Shown: positions 39,233-47,631 of the stretch, one piece after another | Position numbering within the stretch: the first letter of the stretch is position 1 | Layout: each line of letters begins with the position of its first letter | Virus record (IMG/VR): IMGVR_UViG_3300031857_000140 | Span: 2,017 to 66,016 of that record | Reading direction: 5' to 3' (one strand) | Source: a virus | Taxonomy: Duplodnaviria; Caudoviricetes | DNA length: 64,000 nt | Program-made: the position numbers and the translations under genes | The notes under the pieces: model-generated | What the model was told of the DNA's origin: nothing | Seen by the model: only the letters and a program-made list of their open reading frames with translations | Databases searched by the model: none

Positions 39233-39719
39233 CGCTTATGATTTCAGACACCATGAAGTCAGGCTTGTCCTCATGCTCGTTAATCGCATACTCGTCAAGC
39301 GGCGCTATCCACGAAGTCTTAGCAAGCTCAACAGCTTCCTGCGCGCTCTGCGCATACACGTTGTACACTCGCCGCATCGTATACCTAATCTCGGTGTCAG
39401 AGGTAACCTCGTACCGCTTTATCGAGCTTGCCGGAACCGGATGTTGCATTGGCTCCTTCTTTTCCTCGCCTTGGAAGATTACGCTCGTAAACGACTCATT
39501 CTTCACGCGTGGGTCGTAGGCAATCTCTACGAGCTTGGTGCCGTCGGGCACCTTGCGCATATCAAGACTGCTTGCTGTTATCTCCCGCGCACGCTTCTCG
39601 TTGTCGGCGTAGCAGTGAAAGACAGAGAAGGTTGGTTCTCCTTCTTGGGGTCGGCGGTCAAAGCCCTTGGCTCCCTTTCCACGGATGGGATTGGGGATGG
39701 TAATTACGAATTGTTTCAT
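39222..39719 (-). CDS. Hypothetical protein
   Basis: ATG after AT-rich leader and promoter-like element at 39747-39780. Confidence 0.6.
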   Translation of the reverse strand: MKQFVITIPNPIRGKGAKGFDRRPQEGEPTFSVFHCYADNEKRAREITASSLDMRKVPDGTKLVEIAYDPRVKNESFTSVIFQGEEKKEPMQHPVPASSIKRYEVTSDTEIRYTMRRVYNVYAQSAQEAVELAKTSWIAPLDEYAINEHEDKPDFMVSEIISDER

Positions 39720-39958
39720 TTTAATTGATGTTTTTGAATTTGATTTGTACAAAGGTTAATAAGAAAATTGAATTGTGCAACTATTTGCGTACTAATTGAA
39801 GCGTTCTCGCCCTAACATATTGACACTCAGCGATATTTCGTTGATTTTTTCTTCAAGATAATCTCGCATTTCTTCGTCATCAAAGACGTATTTGCCGTTA
39901 TCGTCGATGTAATACATCAGTGGGACAGCGATTTCGGTAGGAAGATTTCGGTTATTGC

Positions 39959-40153
39959 TCATGGTTGTTGGTTTTTATGTTGTTTCCATTCGAGGTAGAA
40001 GCCTATGGCGACCACCACATTCATACCCAACGACGCTATGATTTCATGAACGTCTTGGTAAACATTGGTCGATAGATGCACGTGCCCCACCATCCAAAAT
40101 GGTATGGACAAGTTTCCTGCTATCCATCGTATCGTGAAGTCAATGAATCTCAT
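39959..40153 (-). CDS. Small membrane protein
   Basis: Two hydrophobic segments. Confidence 0.55.
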   Translation of the reverse strand: MRFIDFTIRWIAGNLSIPFWMVGHVHLSTNVYQDVHEIIASLGMNVVVAIGFYLEWKQHKNQQP

Positions 40154-40680
40154 TGTCTTGACATAATCTTACGTAGCTTGGCCACGTAGTTAGGGTCTTC
40201 AGCGTAGTACCCATTGAGCAGTGATAGGAACTGCTCGTTGGTTCTGCAATGCTTGGCGTAGGTAGCGCACCACATCGCATAGTCAAGGACACTATCTTCC
40301 CACGAATCGTAGTAGGCGTGTCCGTGTTGGCTTCCACGCGCAAGGTTGATGCGCGTCTTGGCCTCCTTCATCCCAAAGAGATTGTTGTTCTCTACGAAGA
40401 TGTTAGACCTAAAGGTGTTGGTCTCCAGCTTGGCCTGAGCAACAGCTACATCAGCAAAGCGCACGTTGAGTTCCTTCAGCTTTGAGCGTAGGCGCTCTTC
40501 GCTGAACTGGTTGCCCATCCCACGCATTTGGATGATGCGCTCGTACTCTGTCGCATCGACCACGTTGATGGAAAGAAAGATAAAGGCAGCAGCCACAAAG
40601 GCTGCGCCTTTGATGATAGTGGTTCCAAAAGGAAGCTTACGATAAGTAAGCGTATCTGGATTGAAGGTGTATATACCCAT
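40150..40680 (-). CDS. Membrane-anchored glucosaminidase (GH73-like)
   Basis: AQAKLET, NNLFGMK, YDSWEDSV.DY, YAEDPNY..KL; N-terminal TM. Confidence 0.85.
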   Translation of the reverse strand: MGIYTFNPDTLTYRKLPFGTTIIKGAAFVAAAFIFLSINVVDATEYERIIQMRGMGNQFSEERLRSKLKELNVRFADVAVAQAKLETNTFRSNIFVENNNLFGMKEAKTRINLARGSQHGHAYYDSWEDSVLDYAMWCATYAKHCRTNEQFLSLLNGYYAEDPNYVAKLRKIMSRQ

Positions 40681-40682
40681 GG

Positions 40683-41255
40683 CTAATAGAAGATTTCCCT
40701 GCGGTCATAGTCATCGTAGCCATTCCCTTCGCTGTCCACCCATTGCTCTTTCTTTGGGTCATACTCTACAACCTTCTCATCGACCATGTAGGAGAACGTA
40801 CCCTCGACTATGCCATCCTCTCTGGTGTGCATAAGAGCGAACTCCTCTGATTCTTCCTCGGCTTCGACGATGAATTCAATGTCGGGGAACATCTCAAACA
40901 TCTTCTCCATTACCGGGATGGGATACGACCAAGCGGTAGAGAACATCACGCGCACAAGCGTATCGCTCTCGCGTTCAACAATGGTGTGGCAAGCGTTCCA
41001 CTTGGTGCCCCAATTCTCAACAGACCAATCGTACCAGTTGGGTATGTTGTTGGCCTTGCAATGCTCCTTCTCCTCCTTGCCGATGTTACCTCGGAAGATG
41101 TTGTCGGGCATAGGTATGATTGACTCGAAGTCAAACGATAGGCGCTCGTCTTCACGCTCTGCGCTGTTGTTCACCTTGGTTGTCTTCGCAAGGAAGGCAT
41201 CAAGGCTCTCTTTGGAGCCTGATGCCCTGATGATGTTATACGTCCAGTTCGGCAT
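40683..41255 (-). CDS. YubB/DUF1281-like protein
   Basis: MPNW..N, FDFESIIPMP, WYDW..ENWGTKWNA, FSTAWSYP. Confidence 0.8.
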   Translation of the reverse strand: MPNWTYNIIRASGSKESLDAFLAKTTKVNNSAEREDERLSFDFESIIPMPDNIFRGNIGKEEKEHCKANNIPNWYDWSVENWGTKWNACHTIVERESDTLVRVMFSTAWSYPIPVMEKMFEMFPDIEFIVEAEEESEEFALMHTREDGIVEGTFSYMVDEKVVEYDPKKEQWVDSEGNGYDDYDRREIFY

Positions 41256-41259
41256 AGTT

Positions 41260-41961
41260 TCAGTGTTTTAAGGTTATGACTTTATTTGGTTTTGGTTGGA
41301 TTAGTTTGCAATGTTCTGGGAAGTTGTATCGTTGGGTTGGAGATACGTATACTGCCGAGCCATGCTCTCGCCACATGGTTCTCACCACGCGCTTCTTAAC
41401 ACCCTTGAGGCTACCATTGGTAATCATTACTATGTCGCCAATCATAGGTTGTCTGCTTGCCTGTTCGATGGGTGTATTGTTAATGAACAGCCAATCTCGG
41501 TTCCAGCCCCAGGGTTCATTTGACAAATGGTAGTAGTCCGACACTACTTCATCTGAATTCATTACAATAAGAGGAGATGTCATCTGCCTTTCGACCGATG
41601 CTATCATGCTGTCGTTGTGGTTTGCTCTGTCCCTAAACATGAACATACCAGCCCTCATTTCATTGAAGCTCGTGCATAGCACACGTGTTCCGTTAGGTAT
41701 GTTTGCGGGCGCAGGCATAAGCCATTCTGTATAGAAACCTAATCCCGAAGCAGTCCTATCAAACGGAGACCATATTTTTACACAGCCATGCCTTGTGAGG
41801 GATTCAATGACGTACTCGTTACCGAATCTGTTGTTAGACCAGTTCGACCTTGGACACATATCCGACAGCATAACTCTGTCGCCCACACGTGGGTTTCTTG
41901 GGTCGTAGTTAAATGAGAAGCTAATGCTCTCTTGTACAACATCTATTTCTGGCATAATCAA
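41260..41961 (-). CDS. Hypothetical protein with repeated SH3/KOW-like modules
   Basis: VGDRV...EWL, GTRV...DWL, IGDIV...G.K. Confidence 0.5.
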   Translation of the reverse strand: MIMPEIDVVQESISFSFNYDPRNPRVGDRVMLSDMCPRSNWSNNRFGNEYVIESLTRHGCVKIWSPFDRTASGLGFYTEWLMPAPANIPNGTRVLCTSFNEMRAGMFMFRDRANHNDSMIASVERQMTSPLIVMNSDEVVSDYYHLSNEPWGWNRDWLFINNTPIEQASRQPMIGDIVMITNGSLKGVKKRVVRTMWREHGSAVYVSPTQRYNFPEHCKLIQPKPNKVITLKH

Positions 41962-41973
41962 TTAGGTTTTAGG

Positions 41974-42882
41974 TTATTGTTTGTCAGCAGCCTTGAAGCT
42001 GTTGTTCCATTCCATTTCTTCGAGCTTGTCAATCACCGCATCGGCAGATGCAGGGATGTAGGTGTAGCAGTCAAGGCATTCGCTGTTGAAGTTGACCTTG
42101 GCGTGCGGGTTTTGACACCCGCCGCACTTGAAGGTCTTGTCGATGAACGGCGCATCGTAGTCGTAGTCGTCTACCGAGTACGATTCGTAGGGGTACATGA
42201 TGCGCGTGTCCTCTACCTGGCGCCAGTATTCGTCGTCGTACTTGGTGCCGTACGCGCCGGTCGACGTGCCCTTGCTTGGTAATGTCGCCGTGCCGTAGCC
42301 ACCCCATGAAGACAATGGCTTGTACGAGTAGCTCTTGTTGGAGTACCAGTTGCCGTCGACCCATTCGCCAAGTCCCTCGTTGAAGATGCGGTAGTCACCG
42401 CTGTCGTCAAGGAAGATGAGCTTGTTGTCGCTCTCAATGAATCGGTAGATGCTTTCTTCAATGAATGGGTTGTCGAGCGTAGCAACGCTCGGCACTAACA
42501 TAGTAGAGAGCAGGTCTGCAAACTCTGCGGTGTCGGAGCGCTCACGTGTGCCGAGGCCGAAGATGATGCCGTTGTGTACGAAGCCAACAGAATCGGACAC
42601 GAAGAACGGATGCAAATACTCTGGCGTTAGGCCGTGCGTAGCGATGCGGAAATGGATGAGCATGGGCAGGTCGCCATACTTACCATGCACCTCGACATAG
42701 CGCTTGTAGAACTTCTCAAAGTTCTTGGTGCTGTTGGCGAGGTCTTGGTTGGGGAACTTCTCTGCGACGAGCTTGCCGTCGGCAACATAGAGTATGCCGG
42801 CGCCGTCGTCGTTGTTGTTCCATGAGTTAGACAGCTTGGTCTTGGCAATACGCTTGCCTGAATTAAGGATTGCAATACACAT
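41974..42882 (-). CDS. Class II (Ntn) glutamine amidotransferase
   Basis: N-terminal MC, N.DGAG, HFRIATHG, HPF, HNGII, SDT. Confidence 0.9.
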   Translation of the reverse strand: MCIAILNSGKRIAKTKLSNSWNNNDDGAGILYVADGKLVAEKFPNQDLANSTKNFEKFYKRYVEVHGKYGDLPMLIHFRIATHGLTPEYLHPFFVSDSVGFVHNGIIFGLGTRERSDTAEFADLLSTMLVPSVATLDNPFIEESIYRFIESDNKLIFLDDSGDYRIFNEGLGEWVDGNWYSNKSYSYKPLSSWGGYGTATLPSKGTSTGAYGTKYDDEYWRQVEDTRIMYPYESYSVDDYDYDAPFIDKTFKCGGCQNPHAKVNFNSECLDCYTYIPASADAVIDKLEEMEWNNSFKAADKQ

Positions 42883-42932
42883 AAGTAAATAGGATTTAGA
42901 TTAAACAATAGGATAGGAAAGGCATAGACAAA

Positions 42933-44552
42933 CTATGCCTTGGATGCAAGGAACTTGAGCGTCTTGTCGCTCACCTTGACAACGCGGTCGGTGTAATCTT
43001 GTCCGTCGCCGAGGTTACGGATAAGGTCGTAGCCAACATCAGCCCATTCCTTGATGTCCTCGATGCGGATGGAGATGCGCTTGCTCACACGCTTGAGCGT
43101 GCTTACGAAGAACTCCATGAGTACACCTTGCCCGGTCTTGCTGAACTGCAATGAATCGTACATGGCATCGGCAAACTGCGAGTACCAGCACGCAATGCGC
43201 AACAGCTTGACCTCATCGTACTGCTTGCGCAGGTGCTTGTGCAGTTCGCTGTTGCGGTTGAGCATCATCCGCTGCACATCTGTTGCCGTAGCATTAGGGT
43301 ACTTGACCATGATACGGAATAGGTCGCGCCGCCATAGCAACGTAGCTACGTCATGCACACGAGATACGATACGGAACTCAATGTAGTCGTGCTTGATGTT
43401 GAACGACACGTAACGCTCGTCGCGGGCAAGGTACTTGTCTGCCTTGGCGTAGGCACGCGACCAACGAGAGGTCGCACGCTTGCGGTACAAGGCAAGGAAC
43501 AGCGGCATGAACGATGCGTACTGCTTGAACAAGTCGCTACCCGAAGTACCCACCTTGCCGAAGTTGATGTGCCCACCGCATGAGGTAGTGGAGTCGGCGT
43601 TGATGTGGTCTTTGAGCAGTTCGCTGCCGGCAATGTCCGTGTCAAGTCGGTCGGACAAGAGGTCGTAGGTAGGTGAGACAAGTTCGTACCCGGTGTCGTC
43701 GTTGAGCGAGCCATCGCGCTCGCGTGACCATCCGGTAGCATCGACCTCGTACAATTCGTATCGGTCAAGTATTTTGCCGTCTTCCTTCTCTACCTCAAAG
43801 CCAATGGTAAAGAGCGTACCTGCCGTGGTGTAGGTGTTGCGCGGTCCGCTGTGGTAGTCGTGGCACGCGCCCTCGCCCGGTTCCTCGGTAGAGTACACGT
43901 CCGGGCCTTCGTGCCAGAATATGCTGTTGCCTACGTCGCTCTCGTGGTAGTATTCTTGTACATCGTCGGCGTACACTGCGTTGTCAAGCCAAATGTTTTG
44001 GCCGTCGTAGCGACCGCCACCGCAGTACACGTACTCATCCTCGTGGTCAGCGGAAAAGTATAGGTCGCCCTCAATCTCTACGATTAGGTCGCCGTACTCG
44101 CTGTCAAGTACGACAACATCTTGCCGTTCAATACGGCATTCTGTTACCTCGTCACGCAGGGCATACTCGCCCTCGTGTTCGCTTGGTGCTGTTAGCACAA
44201 CACACTGCGACAGCGGATGTTCTTCGCCGTCGTAGGTGGTTACCATTTCTACATCTTCTTCTTGCATGGTTTCTTGGGGTTGGTTGGTTGGGGTTACTTG
44301 TTCTATTGTTAATCCTGTGTCAGCTTGAGCAACAAGCTCAAGCCATTCAGGTACGTACACGTGGGACTCGTTGTCAATGTCAAGTTTGTAGCGCGTACGC
44401 TGTCCGACCGGGTAGTGGTCGTATTCAACTACGCCAACAATTCGCCCGAAGTATCTATTCAGAGCCCACATTTGCGGGGTAATTGAACATGGCCCTTCGT
44501 AGGTAGCATGGAGGTTTAGGCGAACAAGGTCGCCGACATTTAAGGTACTCAT
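42933..44552 (-). CDS. Putative amidoligase (glutamine synthetase-like fold) with acidic N-terminal extension
   Basis: IGFEVE, DGSL, ELVSP, CGGHIN, RY..FN, IEFR; start uncertain. Confidence 0.8.
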   Translation of the reverse strand: MSTLNVGDLVRLNLHATYEGPCSITPQMWALNRYFGRIVGVVEYDHYPVGQRTRYKLDIDNESHVYVPEWLELVAQADTGLTIEQVTPTNQPQETMQEEDVEMVTTYDGEEHPLSQCVVLTAPSEHEGEYALRDEVTECRIERQDVVVLDSEYGDLIVEIEGDLYFSADHEDEYVYCGGGRYDGQNIWLDNAVYADDVQEYYHESDVGNSIFWHEGPDVYSTEEPGEGACHDYHSGPRNTYTTAGTLFTIGFEVEKEDGKILDRYELYEVDATGWSRERDGSLNDDTGYELVSPTYDLLSDRLDTDIAGSELLKDHINADSTTSCGGHINFGKVGTSGSDLFKQYASFMPLFLALYRKRATSRWSRAYAKADKYLARDERYVSFNIKHDYIEFRIVSRVHDVATLLWRRDLFRIMVKYPNATATDVQRMMLNRNSELHKHLRKQYDEVKLLRIACWYSQFADAMYDSLQFSKTGQGVLMEFFVSTLKRVSKRISIRIEDIKEWADVGYDLIRNLGDGQDYTDRVVKVSDKTLKFLASKA

Positions 44553-45003
44553 CACATCAAGTTTTTTGCTCACGTATTGCACCTCGTGGGCATGGGTGTT
44601 CCTCGCATCATCAAGCCCTGCGAGGTTAGGCTTTGGGGGTTGCTTGGTCACGAACCAACGCACTCACTCATAAAAACGAACACAGAAAAGTTTTGAGCAG
44701 TGGGCAACCCTGACGTTAAGAGTTTGGCTCCGTAGCCAGAGCAATTAGAAAAGAGAAAAGAACTACCGACATAGCACCAGCAATTCCAAAGGCGAGCGCA
44801 GTGGGCGCTTCAACAGCTAAAAAAATATCGTACATGGTTTCTACTTTGTTAGGTCAGCAATTTTATTAGGGTCAATCGTTCCGTACATTTTGTGTACTTT
44901 GTTTAGGTATGCTTTCGCATCCTTGAACGCCTTGCTTCGCTCGTCGGCATACATATATGCGTGCCTTGCATTGCGTATTCTTTGCAGTTCATTCAGTGCC
45001 ATA

Positions 45004-45237
45004 TCATTCAAGGTCTAACTGGTTTGTAACTGGATTGAAATACCTTTCGGTCATGCCCATTAGCGTACGTTTTCCATTGATGTACCAATAAGACGGAGCG
45101 CTAATAAAATAGCGCCCGTCGTCTTGCTTGGTTACACTAAAAGAGCGCATAGTTTGCCCAAAGAACGAGAGCGCTTCGCTCGTGAAGAATTTGGGCGCAG
45201 TTTGCGCGGTCAATTCTTTGATGTCTTCAATAGTCAT
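45004..45237 (-). CDS. Early hypothetical protein
   Basis: MTIEDIK...FF..AL.FFG; start overlaps upstream stop. Confidence 0.6.
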   Translation of the reverse strand: MTIEDIKELTAQTAPKFFTSEALSFFGQTMRSFSVTKQDDGRYFISAPSYWYINGKRTLMGMTERYFNPVTNQLDLE

Positions 45238-45461
45238 AGCAAAAATGTTTTTTCCTCTTGTACAAATTGCTTCCATTTAGCGTCCTGGTCATTGTAGACC
45301 TGCGCTATTTGCTCACGGAACGCGCCGTACTTGTTGAACGCTTCGGTTTGGTAGAACTTTTCGCTAAAGGTTTCGTACATACTAAATAGGAAACCAACGC
45401 CGTGCGCGCGTTCAATCTTTGCTAACGTGCGTACGTGCTTGCTTGCTTGTGTCCGTTTCAT
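45234..45461 (-). CDS. Early hypothetical protein
   Basis: ATG after AT-rich leader, downstream of terminator. Confidence 0.55.
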   Translation of the reverse strand: MKRTQASKHVRTLAKIERAHGVGFLFSMYETFSEKFYQTEAFNKYGAFREQIAQVYNDQDAKWKQFVQEEKTFLL

Positions 45462-45484
45462 TTTCAATTCAATTAGCATTAAAC

Positions 45485-45511
45485 AAAAAAGGCGCACCAA
45501 TTAGGTACGCC
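45485..45511 (-). terminator. Rho-independent terminator ending the putative first early transcript
   Basis: Minus strand GGCGTACC-taatt-GGTGCGCC-TTTTTT. Confidence 0.8.
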
Positions 45512-45744
45512 GTTCAACACGGAAAAACGTAGCAATTCGCTACCATACGTTAGGGCGCGGCATTTTATGCCGTTAGCCCTTCGCATAGCCGCATAGGTTT
45601 GTACATAGTACGTGCCGTTTGCGTTCGCGTTTTGCTACGTTTCCGTCCGTTTTTTTCAAGGTGTGCACCCTTGTGCGGCATAAGTATGCCGACCTTTTGC
45701 GCTATGCGCCTATGTGTACCGCACCTTTTGTGCGTTCGGGTCTA
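45512..45744 (-). ncRNA. Candidate structured RNA element
   Basis: No ORF in the track; 11-bp long-range stem (45525-35/45632-42); two CGGCAT-loop-ATGCCG hairpins. Confidence 0.45.
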
Positions 45745-45951
45745 CTAACGTGCGGCCTTTAGCGCGCGTTTTCGTTCGCGTTCGGCTTTTCGTGCTGTGC
45801 GCTTGTCAATTCCTACCGCTACCGCATTTTGTACCGCGTCGTTAGCATATTGGGCGCGCGCTTTTCTCGCGGAACTTTTGCGCCCTTTGGCGTTGGTACG
45901 TGCTTCGCGCGTTCGTTTGCCTTGTTCGCTCTCGCGCCATATTAGGAACAT
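45745..45951 (-). CDS. Arg/Lys/Ala-rich small protein
   Basis: KRTREAR..KGRKSSARKAR and KRTARKAERERKRALKAAR. Confidence 0.6.
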   Translation of the reverse strand: MFLIWRESEQGKRTREARTNAKGRKSSARKARAQYANDAVQNAVAVGIDKRTARKAERERKRALKAAR

Positions 45952-45960
45952 AACAGCCGC

Positions 45961-46299
45961 CTATTTTTCAAGTTCGGAAATGATAGCGCGCAGGGTGCTT
46001 ACTTCGTACTTGTCCACGAATTCGCCCAAACGAATTTTACCTAATTTGAGCGCGCGCGTTTTGGCGAACGAATCAAAGAAAATAGGCTGAGTTCGGCTAA
46101 TTGCGAATGTGCGTAGGTACTTCGCGCCCTCTTTTGGCGGCATTTCCTTTGCCTTGACAATTTTACGCAGGGCGAAAAGGGCGCCCTCTTCGGCGCTCTC
46201 ACAGCCGCCAATTTTGGGGACTAATTCGCCTTTAGTGTTTTGTTGGTACATAACGCGTCCGAGGTCGGCGCGGCTTGGGGTTTTTTGAGTAGTGTTCAT
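45961..46299 (-). CDS. Putative first early protein, unknown function
   Basis: ATG about 35 nt after the predicted sigma-54 start site. Confidence 0.65.
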   Translation of the reverse strand: MNTTQKTPSRADLGRVMYQQNTKGELVPKIGGCESAEEGALFALRKIVKAKEMPPKEGAKYLRTFAISRTQPIFFDSFAKTRALKLGKIRLGEFVDKYEVSTLRAIISELEK

Positions 46300-46344
46300 T
46301 TTGTCTTTATTTAATTGGGGCTTCGTTGCCCTTACTTACTATGA

Positions 46345-46361
46345 TGCAAAGGCCGTGCCAA
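46345..46361 (-). promoter_or_regulatory. Sigma-54 (RpoN) -24/-12 promoter
   Basis: Minus strand TTGGCACGGCCTTTGCA matches YTGGCACGRNNNTTGCW at every position. Confidence 0.75.
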
Positions 46362-46398
46362 AGTGTAGAAAAGTAGAAAAAAATACCTTATGCGCTTA

Positions 46399-46465
46399 AT
46401 TTAGAATGGGTCTAAATAAGGGCGAACGGACAAGAGAAACACTATTTAGAATCGTTCTAAATAGT
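46399..46465. promoter_or_regulatory. Two palindromic operator sites ATTTAGAATnnnTCTAAAT
   Basis: 46399-46417 and 46444-46462; the second extends to 11-bp perfect arms (46441-46465). Confidence 0.75.
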
Positions 46466-46769
46466 AGGGCGGTTCGGGGCAAAGGGTCAACGTGTTGGGG
46501 TTTGGGGGTTTTTGGGGTGGGGGTTGTGCCCGACCAAAAAGGCACAAGGGGCAAGGGGCGCTACCTGTTGCACCACGAGAAGCCCGAACCACAAAACGCC
46601 AAAACCGAAAACGAAAAACAAAACGGAAGGCACCCCGTACCAAAATGGAAATGACTTCGGGTTGCGGTGGGTGTGGCTGTGGGGGTGGTAGTATCCCCTC
46701 CAAAAACATTTCTCAATCGGTTTTAAGGGTCAAACCGAACCCATAAATCCTGCGTGAGATTTTGCGTGG

Positions 46770-47177
46770 TCATTTGGAGCGACGTTCAGCTGTTATGATT
46801 GTATGACAATTGGCACAGCGGATTTCGCATTTGCGTATTTCGGCTTTGATTACTTTGATGGAGTTGCCGCAGTAAATCATGGATGAGACGTCGTTCTTTT
46901 TGTCGGACAGGTGGTCGAACTGGAGAACGCGATGGTCGGTTGTACCGCAGTCTGTGCATTTACCGTGAAGGCGTTTGTAGCGGTCTACGAATGCTCTGTT
47001 TCGGTCACGTTGGGATTTGTTCTGTGCTACGCGGGTATGGCTGTTGGATGCATACCATGAGGCTGAGCGTTGGGCAGAACAGCTTTTGCAGGACGACTGT
47101 AGGCCGTCTGATTTGCGTTTGTTCTTGGAGAACTCTGTGAGTGGCTTTAGGGTAGCGCAGCCAGGACAGCGTTTCAT
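46770..47177 (-). CDS. HNH endonuclease with N-terminal Cys4 domain
   Basis: CPGC..KP..EF.K...DGL.S.CKSC; CTDC...FDH...CANCH. Confidence 0.85.
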   Translation of the reverse strand: MKRCPGCATLKPLTEFSKNKRKSDGLQSSCKSCSAQRSASWYASNSHTRVAQNKSQRDRNRAFVDRYKRLHGKCTDCGTTDHRVLQFDHLSDKKNDVSSMIYCGNSIKVIKAEIRKCEIRCANCHTIITAERRSK

Positions 47178-47631
47178 GGACGTGAATATAGCTGTCATTG
47201 ACCGCATTGGTGCTACATGACGAAAAAAAAGAGAAAAGGAAAGGGGGATTCAATATGTTTGACAAAACAACGTAAGTATCTGTGAATCAGATAATTCATG
47301 TCTATCACATTGCCACTGCTCACGTCAGAGCATAGTGCGCCTGTATTGTTGTTCTTTGCTGTGTGCTACTGCGGTGTAGCGCTGATGTGGTCTGGCGTAG
47401 TGGTACCAGAGTCCTTCGTTCGTGGTGCCCTTCGTTGCTCTGCCCCTGTTTTGAGACAGGGGCGACGCTAGTGCGTCGGCGATGTCGGTGGTGCTGCCGC
47501 GGTGTCCTTCGGCTTAAGCGAAGTTAGTTCACAAAACCCGAACTAAGTTCACCGAAAACAAGATTGTAGATAAGTTTATGTAACGAGTTCCATCCATTCA
47601 CTATATTTGTTCTGTCACAATTCTACATCCA

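Noticed and set aside
46406-46746. ORFs 46406..46654, 46446..46709 and 46492..46746
   Set aside because: Low-complexity translations of G-runs and A-tracts overlapping regulatory palindromes
47385-47465. tRNA (TGGCGTAGTGGTA resembles a D-arm)
   Set aside because: No D-stem closure, T-loop GTTCRA or acceptor stem
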